DNA of 64,000 nucleotides. It comes from Methanotrichaceae archaeon (GTDB taxonomy: Archaea; Halobacteriota; Methanosarcinia; Methanotrichales; Methanotrichaceae). Location of the stretch: NCBI GenBank assembly GCA_963748825.1, contig CAVVKN010000021.1, positions 34,560 through 98,559 on the forward strand. The letters run 5' to 3'. Positions 21,378-30,725 of this stretch are shown here, one piece after another; the first letter of the stretch is position 1, and each line of letters starts with the position of its first letter. A program made the translations under genes and the position numbers. The notes below the pieces were generated by a model that was given only the letters and a program-made list of their open reading frames with translations, was not told the DNA's origin and made no database searches.

Positions 21378-22076
21378 TCAATGCTTAAGAAGCTTCGTCT
21401 CAGCTTCGCCTTTGGTCAGCCGGTTGATAAGGGCGTAGAATTCTGTCTGCATGCCCGCCGGTATCTCGACCACGCCGATCCAAGAGCCATCGTTCTGCCA
21501 TGCCTCCCGACTGAGCTTGCCAAAGGCTGCAACTTCGCCGTAAGCCTTGGGAGCATACGCGGGAGGGATTTTTACCGCCACATCTACCACCTCGAATCTT
21601 ATGGGGATGAGGGGGCGGATGGCCTTCATGGCGATCTTGACCAACTCATCGATGGATTTCGTGGGGTCTATATTGACGCGAGCCTCGGTCATGGCCTGCT
21701 CGATCCTCGTCGGCGGGTGAGGTGTTTTGGTCTGGGGATTGATAGCATTTCTGGCTATGACCTCGATGACCTGGCGACGTTTATTCTCGATGAACTGCTT
21801 TCTCTGCTCAGCCGTCAGGCTGATATCGCCCTTTTTAATGATGATCTCGGCAATGGGCAGGACTTCCAACGTGCCGAAGGCCTTTTGCAGATCTTCTTCC
21901 GGGCTTCTGTCTCCGCGGGAGGCATTTTCGAAGATATCTTCTACTGCCAGGATATCTTCCAGGTTGACGCGCTCTCCCCTCTTCAGGGCCAGGGCCCCAT
22001 CGGGATCCACCAAAACCTCAAAGGTGGTGCCGTGGGTCTTGAGTCTGGCAGGAACGGCGTCATCCAGTCTGACCAT
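21378..22076 (-). CDS. Ribosome assembly factor SBDS/Sdo1
   Basis: FEVLVDP, INPQTKTPHPP.RIE, W..DGSW. Confidence 0.95.
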   Translation of the reverse strand: MVRLDDAVPARLKTHGTTFEVLVDPDGALALKRGERVNLEDILAVEDIFENASRGDRSPEEDLQKAFGTLEVLPIAEIIIKKGDISLTAEQRKQFIENKRRQVIEVIARNAINPQTKTPHPPTRIEQAMTEARVNIDPTKSIDELVKIAMKAIRPLIPIRFEVVDVAVKIPPAYAPKAYGEVAAFGKLSREAWQNDGSWIGVVEIPAGMQTEFYALINRLTKGEAETKLLKH

Positions 22077-22078
22077 TC

Positions 22079-22846
22079 CTATGCCTCTCCTTTTTCTCCC
22101 TTCTCAACTTTGCCGGCGGCGACGGCAGCCTTCATCCTTTCAACGTAAGAGGCTACTTCTTTCTCAGTCAGCTTGTAAAACTTCTTGTCGCCCAATTTGA
22201 TGATGCCAATCTCTGTTGTGGCCGCTTCTACTTTGCCTTCCGCGGCCTTGTAGAGCGCCTCCAGGCCCATGAGCACGGCTTCATCCATGTTCAGGTCTTC
22301 TCTGTACTTCTCCTCGAAGAGCTCCATCACTGCCGATCTGCCGGCTCCAATGCCCGTAGCCTTGTATTCCAATAAAGCGCCGGACGGGTCGGTCTCAAAG
22401 AGGCGAGTTCTATCCTCCTCTGCGCCAATGATGAGCAGCGCCGTTCCAAAGGGCCGAACTCCGCCGTACTGAGTATATTGCTGCTTGAAGTCGCAGATCT
22501 TCTTGGCCAGGGCCTCTACACCAATGGGCTCGTCGTAGACCAGTCGGTTTATCTGGCTCTCTACCCTGGCTCTGTCGATCAGGACTCTGGCGTCTGCTAC
22601 CAGGCCTGAGGTGGCGGCGCCGATGTGCGTGTCTATCTGAAAGATCTTCTCAATGGACTTGGGCTCCATGAGCCTGCTGGTGATCCTCTTGTCTACCAGC
22701 ACAGCCACGCCGTCTTTTCCCTTGATGCCCACAGCCGTCGTTCCTCTTCGCACGGCCTCGCGGGCATATTCAACTTGAAATAATCTGCCGTCAGGGCTGA
22801 ATACGGTAATAGCCCTGTCATAACCCATCTGCGGTGCCATCTGCAT
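22079..22846 (-). CDS. psmA: Proteasome alpha subunit
   Basis: [25 protein letters not shown]. Confidence 0.98.
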   Translation of the reverse strand: MQMAPQMGYDRAITVFSPDGRLFQVEYAREAVRRGTTAVGIKGKDGVAVLVDKRITSRLMEPKSIEKIFQIDTHIGAATSGLVADARVLIDRARVESQINRLVYDEPIGVEALAKKICDFKQQYTQYGGVRPFGTALLIIGAEEDRTRLFETDPSGALLEYKATGIGAGRSAVMELFEEKYREDLNMDEAVLMGLEALYKAAEGKVEAATTEIGIIKLGDKKFYKLTEKEVASYVERMKAAVAAGKVEKGEKGEA

Positions 22847-23357
22847 CCTCGTGTCCTCCACTTAAATCAAAAGAGGTCAGCCCCAGGTATTGGGTGTCTG
22901 ATCCTATGCACTTATTGCGGTCGTCCGGGCAGAGATCGACTTTTACACCATGGGTGCGGATAATACACCCGGAAACGTCTTTCAGCTCGATTCTTCTTCC
23001 GTCGCTTTCAGCACATATTTTACTCAGTCTTGGTAAATACTTTTCTGTAGCGGATTTGATTGTTCCCGAGACGCCTTTTGTATGGAGAGCGACTCGGATC
23101 CCGTGAATGGAATGAACCACGGCCAGTGTCGCTCGTGTCTCCTGGTCATGAATATGGGAAAAACGGATCAGGCCATAGCGGCCATTGAAAGCGATCATTT
23201 TGAGCCGGTTTTTCGCCGCCCCCTCATCTCCAAAAAGGGAAAACTGAGTTGAGTAAATCTCGTTCATCAGATCTTTGGGTGAAATTTCGCCTTCAGACTG
23301 CAGCTCGAAGATCATGTACCGTCTTCTGCCCCGCAGCACGGGAAGTCTGCTTCTCAT
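22818..23357 (-). CDS. rnp2: RNase P protein Pop5/Rpp14
   Basis: LR.RRRYM.F, GVSGTIK. Confidence 0.9.
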   Translation of the reverse strand: MRSRLPVLRGRRRYMIFELQSEGEISPKDLMNEIYSTQFSLFGDEGAAKNRLKMIAFNGRYGLIRFSHIHDQETRATLAVVHSIHGIRVALHTKGVSGTIKSATEKYLPRLSKICAESDGRRIELKDVSGCIIRTHGVKVDLCPDDRNKCIGSDTQYLGLTSFDLSGGHEDADGTADGL

Positions 23358-24031
23358 AGAAGCTCTACTCCCGGGCCCACCCATTTTCTGCGATTGAGTG
23401 CCAGCAGTATTCCCGGCCGACGGAGAGCTTCTTGTGCCTCATCCTGCTCAAAGCCTGCTACCTGTGCCATAGCGACCAGGTCGCGGGGAGAGTGCAGGTC
23501 AAGGTGAGAATTCGCGCTCGCGGTGATAACCGGGTGTAGCTCGAACTTTCTTACCAGCTGCAGATTGCGCCGAACAGCTTCCAGCCAGCGAGCACGCGGG
23601 TTGCCGCGAAGACGCACCAGGGGACTCAGGTCAAAGCCGATAGAGACCTGATTTAGCTTAGCCGCCCGCGCTGTGGCAATGCCCAAAGGGCGCCGTACTT
23701 CGCAGGGGTGTATGAGAAGGTCCACATTGGGGTCTTCAGAGGCTACCCGGATTGTCTCCTCTGTCGCGGCCCGAACCACGAGAAATGGATATCTGGCACG
23801 TAGAGCCGAGATGCGGCTTTTGAGTGCCTTGCTGCCGGAGGCGGTCACCTCTACGCCGAAGGCCACTTCAATTCCCTTGATCATCTCGGTTGCCTGGGGC
23901 ATGAAGATCCTGCCCGGTTCGCAGTTGCAGATGATTATGCCCTGATAGCCCAGCCCCTTTGCAGTCAGGGCCATGCGGCTGGCAGAGGCTGCACCTTCGG
24001 GAAAGGCTCTAAGGCATTCGTAAAAGCTCAT
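23354..24031 (-). CDS. rnp3: RNase P protein Rpp30
   Basis: PHP-like fold, VDLLIHP, SHLDLHSPRD. Confidence 0.9.
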   Translation of the reverse strand: MSFYECLRAFPEGAASASRMALTAKGLGYQGIIICNCEPGRIFMPQATEMIKGIEVAFGVEVTASGSKALKSRISALRARYPFLVVRAATEETIRVASEDPNVDLLIHPCEVRRPLGIATARAAKLNQVSIGFDLSPLVRLRGNPRARWLEAVRRNLQLVRKFELHPVITASANSHLDLHSPRDLVAMAQVAGFEQDEAQEALRRPGILLALNRRKWVGPGVELL

Positions 24032-24444
24032 ATGAGCTCGCTGATGATCTTCAAGGCAGACTCGCGCCTGGCTGGATAGGTTTTGACGAGAATTGTTGTG
24101 TCCAGGGCGTCCTTGGAGTCGGTCAGGCGCAGCAGCCCTTTGTAGGCGGCCTGTTTGTCCAGGCGCAGGTGGAAGTGGCTTTCGCCCTCCAACCGGTCCG
24201 GGATCTCCCGGCGCAGCCGCTGTAAGTCTTCTGCGGGGAGCTGCTCGCGAAGAATTTGAAAGAAGGCGGCAGCCTCACGCTTTCGTAGCGCCGCCTCCAG
24301 TATTTTTATCTCGTTTCCGAAATGGCCTTCTGCAGTGAGTGCGGATATCCTGTCCAGAGGAACGAAGACGGCGAGCGCCTCGCGCACGCGGCCCTCGTCT
24401 TCCGTTGCTGCCACAAAGGCCCGGAAAGAGACCTTGTCAATCAC
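24028..24444 (-). CDS. DUF54 family RNA-binding protein
   Basis: ATEDE.RV, GHFGN.I, LRLDKQAAY. Confidence 0.88.
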   Translation of the reverse strand: MIDKVSFRAFVAATEDEGRVREALAVFVPLDRISALTAEGHFGNEIKILEAALRKREAAAFFQILREQLPAEDLQRLRREIPDRLEGESHFHLRLDKQAAYKGLLRLTDSKDALDTTILVKTYPARRESALKIISELI

Positions 24445-25032
24445 TTACTTTCCTTTTCCGTCGTGGGCTCTGATGCCGGGCCTGGTCTTCTCAGTGCCGA
24501 AGCCCTTGTGCCTCTGGCCTCTGCCCTTGCGACCGGCTGAGGTTTTGCCGCGTACTGCTCTACCGCGATGAACATCATTGCAGACCCAGTTAAGGTTCTT
24601 ATCATTCATGATGGAGGGAGCGCACGGGTCCACTAAAATGACCTCGTAGAACTTCTGCTTGCCGTCCTCTGCCACCCAGTAAGAGTTAAGGACTTCCATG
24701 TTGCGGTACCGCCTTCCGGCCCTTTCCTCGGCGATCCTCTGAATGGACTTGCCCATGCTGATGGCGTTCACGCCCATCTTGCTGGTCTTTCTGTTTCTCT
24801 CGTAACGGGACTTCTTGCGGCCACCGCGTCTTACCTTGACACGTGCCACGATAATGCCCTGCTTGGCCTTGTAGCCGAGAGCGCGCGCTCTGTCCAGGCG
24901 AGTGGGCCTCTCGATCCTCTGCACGGTGCTTTCCTGGCGCCAGGCCTTGAGCCTTTCCTGCCGCAGTGCGCCCACGTATCCCTCTCGGGGAGAGGACCAG
25001 GCATCACTGATATAACCGTAAAAAGACTTCAT
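24445..25032 (-). CDS. rpl15e: 50S ribosomal protein L15e
   Basis: [39 protein letters not shown]. Confidence 0.98.
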   Translation of the reverse strand: MKSFYGYISDAWSSPREGYVGALRQERLKAWRQESTVQRIERPTRLDRARALGYKAKQGIIVARVKVRRGGRKKSRYERNRKTSKMGVNAISMGKSIQRIAEERAGRRYRNMEVLNSYWVAEDGKQKFYEVILVDPCAPSIMNDKNLNWVCNDVHRGRAVRGKTSAGRKGRGQRHKGFGTEKTRPGIRAHDGKGK

Positions 25033-25047
25033 TTCTTTTCACCTTTA

Positions 25048-25075
25048 CCGGTTCGACCAAATGGTCACATTCCGG
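25048..25075 (-). promoter_or_regulatory. Putative eL15 leader hairpin in the rpl15e 5' UTR
   Basis: CCGG-AATGT-GACC-ATTT-GGTC-GAA-CCGG just upstream of the AGGTGA RBS; TATA-like TTTATCT near 25103-25109. Confidence 0.65.
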
Positions 25076-25077
25076 AA

Positions 25078-25833
25078 CTAGAGGGGGGAAGAGGTGATAG
25101 GAGATAAAGGTTTGGGAGATGGTAACGCATTAGGGTTCGACGGGGATCTTAAGGCATTTAGAAATTCGTCTCGATGTTCAAAAATCAATCTATCTAATTC
25201 CCAGCCCTCTATTCCCGCTTCTTTTGCAATATTCAAATAGAATTTTTCATGATCCGAGTACCTTTTTAGATTCAGCCCCAACTCGCTTGATATGGACCGG
25301 ATGCGTGAATCGAGCGCTATCTTCTCATGGAAAAAAGGATGATAGCAATCCATCATAATATTGTTCGCATACTTCGGACCTATTCCCGGAAAATCGTCCA
25401 GGAATTGCGTCATTTCTGCTGCGCATTTTTTATTGAGTAGTATTTCATTGGCCTGCTCTAATCCACCCATCTCTTCAATTTTCTCAAAGCATAGCGCAAG
25501 CATCGGAGCTTTTTTCTTATAGTAGTGTACCTTTGCATCTTTCATGATTTGCCGCAGCCTATTCACACGGTCTTCATTGCTGAGGTTCTTCAGTTCAGCA
25601 TAAGTGATCTGTTGATTTTTATTTTTGTCTGTGACCATATCTTCGTTTCTGCTTATGCCGCCCCAAGTTGAATAACTCACTAATAACTCATGCCACAAGA
25701 AATCAGGTCTCTTGAGTATAGCATGTCCTTTTTCCTTCTTGCACTCCAATTCACCTTTATATTTGTTTTGAAGATTTTTGGCCATTGCCACTAAAGTCTC
25801 AACTTGTTGATCCGTTGCATCAGCAATTGTCAT
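25078..25833 (-). CDS. HhH-GPD superfamily DNA glycosylase-like protein
   Basis: FPGIGPKYANNI helix-hairpin-helix, IALDSRI catalytic-Asp region, WELDRLIF; AT-rich. Confidence 0.7.
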   Translation of the reverse strand: MTIADATDQQVETLVAMAKNLQNKYKGELECKKEKGHAILKRPDFLWHELLVSYSTWGGISRNEDMVTDKNKNQQITYAELKNLSNEDRVNRLRQIMKDAKVHYYKKKAPMLALCFEKIEEMGGLEQANEILLNKKCAAEMTQFLDDFPGIGPKYANNIMMDCYHPFFHEKIALDSRIRSISSELGLNLKRYSDHEKFYLNIAKEAGIEGWELDRLIFEHRDEFLNALRSPSNPNALPSPKPLSPITSSPL

Positions 25834-25941
25834 GAAGTTCACTTCATATCGCAAAGCTTTAAAATGTTTTCATGAATGGCCTTAATGCAATCACTTTAAC
25901 TTTTCATATCTGTATGGGCAATGCAACAGAGAGGATAAAAA

Positions 25942-26676
25942 ATGAAGGTTGCCATAACTACAGTCGGGTGCAAAGGGCCTGAAGATGAATCCAAAAATGA
26001 AGGACGACTAAAAGCCGGAAAACTGGCGATAGCAAAGGCGAAATCATTGGGTGCTGATATATTAGTACTTCCCGGGGGATTCGTAGTTGGTAATGACTCT
26101 AGATCAAGGCAACGAATATCGGATGCACTCATAGATGAAGCTCGTAGCTTAGAGCTTGCGGTGGTTTTTGGCGTGGACGATCATAGTTGGCCCCAAGCAT
26201 ATGGATATGCCTGGAGTCCAGTTGACAAAATGGCATATAGTTGGGAACAAAGATCATCTACCAGACACTGGAATAAACGGAGTGAGCAGCCAATTACACT
26301 AACCGACAATCAATGGGAAGCCAAACTGAAGAGTTACGATGATGTTCGTCTTCTTACGACAGAGGGTGGGGTTGTTGGTGTTCTGCTATGTGGCGAACTT
26401 TTCAATGAACGCATAAGGGATGCATTGATAAAAAGGAGGCCTAAGATTGTTGTTGATCTCATTCATAGAGGCCATGGCTTCAGATCAACGGGCGCAATGA
26501 AGAGGCTCTGTCATTATGGCATTACATCGGCTTGTTCTGCACACGTACAGAAAGTTGGTGCTATGAAGCGCTGCTATATTCCAGGTAAAGGAAATGATGG
26601 AAATGCATCCACCATAGGATTAGATGACAGAATCGAAGGACCACCAAGGATAGAACTCAAGCTATTTGAGGTTTGA
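25942..26676 (+). CDS. Carbon-nitrogen hydrolase (nitrilase-fold)-like protein with atypical active site
   Basis: MKVAI, GADILVLPGG (canonical PE), GVLLCGELF nucleophile motif. Confidence 0.65.
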   Translation: MKVAITTVGCKGPEDESKNEGRLKAGKLAIAKAKSLGADILVLPGGFVVGNDSRSRQRISDALIDEARSLELAVVFGVDDHSWPQAYGYAWSPVDKMAYSWEQRSSTRHWNKRSEQPITLTDNQWEAKLKSYDDVRLLTTEGGVVGVLLCGELFNERIRDALIKRRPKIVVDLIHRGHGFRSTGAMKRLCHYGITSACSAHVQKVGAMKRCYIPGKGNDGNASTIGLDDRIEGPPRIELKLFEV

Positions 26677-26681
26677 AGGAA

Positions 26682-26904
26682 GTCTCGAACCTTCGTTAAG
26701 GGGTCGTCTCTGTGCGTCCTCCGTGCGCTCTGTGCCTCTGTGGTGGGATCGTTAGTTGTTCTGTTATAATTATCGGCTAATAGTAATGGCGAGATGCAGC
26801 ATCTTCCAAAATCCCGCGCCCGGAAAAGCACCCAGCCAAGCCCACAGCAGGCTACCCACGCGGGCACAAGCGTCCCCGCACGAGCGCACGCATGCGGGGC
26901 CGAT
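26682..26904. repeat. Repeat family A, copy 1
   Basis: Near-identical to 27659-27884 and related to 28906-29104. Confidence 0.92.
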
Positions 26905-26998
26905 CCTTTTCTCGTGTTGCCAAGGTGTGGAATCGCATCTTTGTACGCGCAGACATCATTGAGTAGTATTATATGCAAATAGGACTAAGTAATTCCTG

Positions 26999-27229
26999 AT
27001 GAAACGCCTTTATGACTACACAATAGTGCTCCGTCCTGAAGACAACGGCACCTATGCAGCCTACGTCCCTGCTATTCCAGGCTGCCACTCCTGGGGCCAA
27101 ACACCCGAAGAGGCACAATCTGAGCTGATAAACGTCTTCGAGATGATCCTGGAAGAGTACAACGAAGAAGGTCGCATGCTTCCGGAAGATATCGATGTGA
27201 AGGCCGTTCATGCCTGCCAAAGCTCGTGA
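26999..27229 (+). CDS. hicB: HicB family antitoxin
   Basis: YAAYVPAIPGCHSWGQTPEEA. Confidence 0.9.
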   Translation: MKRLYDYTIVLRPEDNGTYAAYVPAIPGCHSWGQTPEEAQSELINVFEMILEEYNEEGRMLPEDIDVKAVHACQSS

Positions 27230-27425
27230 CCTGCAAAAGGTCGCAAAGAAGCTCGGATTTCATATGGTGAGGCAGAAAGGAAGCCACGCCAGATGGAAGC
27301 ATCCCGATGGTCGAGCGACAACGATTCCTATCCACGGCAATAGCGAAATAGGCAACTGGCTGTTCTACGAAATTCTCAAGCAGTTGGACATAACTGAAGA
27401 GGATTTCTTGAAGCATCTCGGATAG
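27210..27425 (+). CDS. hicA: HicA family toxin
   Basis: LGF..VRQKGSHARWKHPDGRATTIPIH..EI. Confidence 0.92.
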   Translation: MPAKARDLQKVAKKLGFHMVRQKGSHARWKHPDGRATTIPIHGNSEIGNWLFYEILKQLDITEEDFLKHLG

Positions 27426-27461
27426 CATCAATTCGAAAGACATATTTCAACCTGGCATCGG

Positions 27462-27651
27462 GGCCCAACCGGCCTCCTGCCCTCCAGAAAGACCGCCGCA
27501 TGCATCCCGGCCCGCCTGGCGAGCAGCGCCGCAGTCCCGGATGGCCCGGCCCTCGGACAACGGACAAGATGCCCAGCCGGAACCCGGTCAAAGATGCTGC
27601 CCACAGGCTGTCGGACACTGCTTCCGGTAGCCCGCAAGGATCGTCAAGCTG
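27462..27651. repeat. Repeat family B, copy 1
   Basis: Shares GGCGAGCAGCGCCGCAGTC.CGGATGGCCCGGCCCTCGG and an identical 26-mer end with 28587-28779. Confidence 0.9.
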
Positions 27652-27658
27652 GAGAACG

Positions 27659-27884
27659 GTCCCGAACCTTTGTTATAGGGAGTCGTCTCTGTGCGTCCTC
27701 CGTGCGCTCTGTGCCTCTGTGGTGGGATCGTTAGTTGTTCTGTTATAATTATCGGCTAATAGTAATGGCGAGATGCAGCATCTTCCAAATCCCGCGCCCG
27801 GAAAAGCACCCAGTCAAGCCCACGGGCGGCTGCCCATGCGGGCAGCAGCGCCCCCCCCGCACGAGCGCACGCACATGGGCCGAT
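27659..27884. repeat. Repeat family A, copy 2
   Basis: About 105 bp identical to copy 1 from GTCGTCTCTGTG to CATCTTCCAAA. Confidence 0.92.
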
Positions 27885-27953
27885 GTCTACTGCAAAATGG
27901 TTCTCCGCCCAAGGGTTAAACACTTAAATAAAAAGAGAGCAACATATGTTCCC

Positions 27954-28538
27954 ATGCAAAGGCTAACCGCTTACATCTCCGGCAAGGTCCAGAAGACCGG
28001 CTACAGAGCCAGAGTTCTCACCATTGCTCGTGACTTCGGTCTGAAGGGTTACGTGCAGAACCTGGATGATGGGCGAGTCAAGGTGGTAGCGGAGGGCGAA
28101 ATCGGTGATCTGGAGAGCTTGCTCGGGGCCTTGGATATCAAGAACACAATTATCAATGTGGTTGATATCAAGAGCGAGTATTCTTCTGCAACAGGGGATT
28201 TTGACAGCTTCGTCAAGGTTGTATCCGGAGGCGAGACGGATCAGAGACTCGATGTGGCTGCAGAATTGCTCACGAAGCTTATCGTAGTAAACGAAAAGAT
28301 ATTAGATGAAATCCGGGCGACTCGCCAGGAATTGACGGAGACCCATAAAGAATTGACGGCTACCCATCAAGAACTGACGGGGACTCACGAAGACCTTAAT
28401 GGGGCGATTAATGAGTCGCGTGATGCCATTGTAAACGAGATTAGAGAGCTTCGCATTGATTTAAAGGAAAACCTGGAAGGCAGGTTGATAAGAATAGAAT
28501 CCGACGTCTCCCAAATAAAAGCAAAGATCGCCCTCTAG
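27954..28538 (+). CDS. Acylphosphatase domain with coiled-coil tail
   Basis: SGKVQKTGYR, GYVQNLDDGRV; 21-bp heptad repeats at 28317-28400. Confidence 0.88.
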   Translation: MQRLTAYISGKVQKTGYRARVLTIARDFGLKGYVQNLDDGRVKVVAEGEIGDLESLLGALDIKNTIINVVDIKSEYSSATGDFDSFVKVVSGGETDQRLDVAAELLTKLIVVNEKILDEIRATRQELTETHKELTATHQELTGTHEDLNGAINESRDAIVNEIRELRIDLKENLEGRLIRIESDVSQIKAKIAL

Positions 28539-28586
28539 TTATTTATTTTAGTGATCTGCAGCTTTCCTTAAGCGCCTCCTGATCCC

Positions 28587-28779
28587 GGCCCGCCCGGCCT
28601 CCTTCCCCCCGAAGAGACGGTCGCATGCATCCGGTCCCACCAGGCGAGCAGCGCCGCAGTCTCGGATGGCCCGGCCCTCGGGCAACGGAACAGAAGCGCA
28701 ATCGGTATCCCGCCAACGATGCCGCACGAGCGACGGGCTGCCGGGCTTCTTCTGGTAGCCCGCAAGGATCGTCAAGCTG
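28587..28779. repeat. Repeat family B, copy 2
   Basis: Homologous to 27462-27651. Confidence 0.9.
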
Positions 28780-28819
28780 AAGACTGCATCGAAATCAGCT
28801 AAAACGTCTTACGATTATT

Positions 28820-28952
28820 AACCGCAGAGTCGCAGAGTTCGCAGAGCCGTTCAATCTGCTTATTTGTCAACACTTGAAAAAAAGGTGCTCTGCTTCTGAG
28901 CAATAGTCGTCTCCGTCCGTTCGTCCTCTGCGTGCTCTGCGCCTCTGCGGTT
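28820..28952. repeat. Long inverted repeat built from CGCAGAG units
   Basis: 27-bp arms at 28820-28846 and 28926-28952 pair at 24/27 positions; 79-bp loop. Confidence 0.88.
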
Positions 28953-29104
28953 CGATCCGCAGTTGTTAGGTTATAATTATATGCTAATAGTAATAGCGAA
29001 ATGCCACCGCGTCCCAAATCTTGCGCCCGGAAAAACGCCCTGCCAAGCCCACGGGCAGCTTCCCACGCGGGCACAAGCGCCCCCCGCACGAACGCACGCA
29101 TGCG
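28906..29104. repeat. Repeat family A, copy 3 (diverged)
   Basis: GTTATAATTAT...CTAATAGTAAT core, GCGCCCGGAAAA, CCAAGCCCAC, CCCACGCGGGCACAAGCG. Confidence 0.88.
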
Positions 29105-29217
29105 AATGGCCTGCGGCCCGGCAACCGCCCCTGCATCAGCATCTTTGCCAGCTTCGATGTGCTTCAAAAAGCAATAGCGTAAGGAATATTTCCATTACCT
29201 CTCTATAGAAGCCCCAT

Positions 29218-29436
29218 ATGTTTGCCGAGTATATTGAGGCGGCTCTAGAAAGGGCTGTTTACAAAACCATCGAAGATGACGGTCCTATCTTTGTTTCAGT
29301 ACCCGAGCTTCCGGGCGCCTGGGCTGCGGGCAAAACTGTTGAAGAGGCCTGCAAAGAGCTTATCTCGGTTATTGACGGCTGGATCGCTCTTAGGCTTCGG
29401 ATGGTACGGTCGATTCCATCAATCGGCGGCCACTGA
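29218..29436 (+). CDS. hicB: HicB family antitoxin (orphan)
   Basis: EYIEAAL..A.Y, VPELPGAWAAGKTVEEA..EL..VIDGWI; no HicA follows. Confidence 0.85.
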   Translation: MFAEYIEAALERAVYKTIEDDGPIFVSVPELPGAWAAGKTVEEACKELISVIDGWIALRLRMVRSIPSIGGH

Positions 29437-29608
29437 ACGCCTCGCCGATTGGCTTCCCTTAGTTCTTGCAGCACAAAACACGGCAAACTGTTTATATAAT
29501 CGTTATAGATGAGTGCTAATTGGAGGGAAAGGCTATTAGTGCATCATCCACTATTCTGAGAAAGCTCGGCCAAAGACGCCTGTCCTGGCCGATGGAGCTC
29601 TGAAAGAA

Positions 29609-29851
29609 TTGGCTAAGAAAGCGAAGCATAGTGATGCCATCATGACCGGCATTCTCGTTACCAAGTTCAAGATGGGCCAGATCGATGTCGAGGATCTGGT
29701 GCAGATGGCAGCCGATGCCACCAAGGTGGAGAGGTGCTCGGCAGCAAAGAAGGTGCTGGAGGCGGTGAGGGATTCGCCCGACTTTCTGCGCCAAGAAGCT
29801 TTGCTGGCAAACAGCAATGACATCATTATCACAGAATCGAAAATAGAGTAA
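29609..29851 (+). CDS. Hypothetical protein, possibly 5'-frameshifted
   Basis: Protein-like helical sequence, no recognised motif. Confidence 0.4.
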   Translation: MAKKAKHSDAIMTGILVTKFKMGQIDVEDLVQMAADATKVERCSAAKKVLEAVRDSPDFLRQEALLANSNDIIITESKIE

Positions 29852-29876
29852 TTAGTCTAAAATTTGGGGAATTAAT

Positions 29877-30725
29877 TTGAAAACAACGATAGGCGGAGAA
29901 ATAGTTGAGTTTAACTTGACCAAGCTATTGCCATTGCTTGTGATTTTTGGAATTGTTATAGTTGTGTTCTTTGGTCCAATTTATACTATTGATGCAACAG
30001 AACGTGGTGTGCTTCTGACCTGGGGAAAAGTCAGTGACAAATCCATCGATCCAGGAATACATTTCCGAATTCCAGTCATGCAGACCGTTGAGCGTTTCAA
30101 TGTAAAAACTCAGAAGTATGAAGCAGAAGGGACAGCAGCTTCTAAGGATTTGCAGACGGTTAACACCAAGGTGGCTGTAATTTACCATCTGAGGCCGGAA
30201 AGCGTGCCGAAGATCTATGCAGACCTGGGACAGTTTTACGGTGAGAGCATAATTCAGCCCACCGTGCAAGAAGTGCTGAAGGCAAGCGCGGCAAGATTTA
30301 GCGCAGAACAATTGATCACAAACCGGTCAACAGTGGCCAGTACCATCCAGGATTTGTTATATCAGAGACTTCATCCCTATGGAATTATTGTAGAGTCAAC
30401 CGCAATCACTGACTTTAAGTTCAGTGAGTCTTTTACGCAGGCCATCGAAGCAAAGGTGACAGCTTCGCAACAGATGCTCAAGTCGGAAACTGATCTAAAG
30501 CGCATTCAGGTTGAGGCACAGCAAAAAGTCACTCAGGCACAAGCAGAAGCAGACGCATTAAATTTGCAGAAGCAGGCCATTACTCCAGAACTGATTGAAC
30601 TGCGCAAAGTTGAGATGCAAACCAAAGCCGTTGAGAAGTGGGATGGCAAATTGCCCATGTACACTGGTGGAGCTATCCCCTTTGTGGATATAGCATCGAT
30701 AACATCAGCGGCTAAAACAGCGTAG
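29877..30725 (+). CDS. Prohibitin/SPFH (band 7) family protein
   Basis: N-terminal TM, PGIHFRIP, ASKDLQ, F..AIEAK, EKWDGKLP. Confidence 0.92.
   Translation: MKTTIGGEIVEFNLTKLLPLLVIFGIVIVVFFGPIYTIDATERGVLLTWGKVSDKSIDPGIHFRIPVMQTVERFNVKTQKYEAEGTAASKDLQTVNTKVAVIYHLRPESVPKIYADLGQFYGESIIQPTVQEVLKASAARFSAEQLITNRSTVASTIQDLLYQRLHPYGIIVESTAITDFKFSESFTQAIEAKVTASQQMLKSETDLKRIQVEAQQKVTQAQAEADALNLQKQAITPELIELRKVEMQTKAVEKWDGKLPMYTGGAIPFVDIASITSAAKTA

Noticed and set aside
26682-29104. CRISPR array or canonical integron
   Set aside because: Repeats are about 200 bp with gene-sized spacers; no cas or intI gene, and no RYYYAAC...GTTRRRY attC structure was found.
26574-29208. ORFs overlapping repeats A and B (26574..26978, 26756..26962, 27428..27637, 28568..28765, 28799..29167, 5' part of 27735..28538)
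   Set aside because: The A copies differ by single-base indels and all these ORFs are low-complexity GC-rich translations, so they were treated as non-coding.
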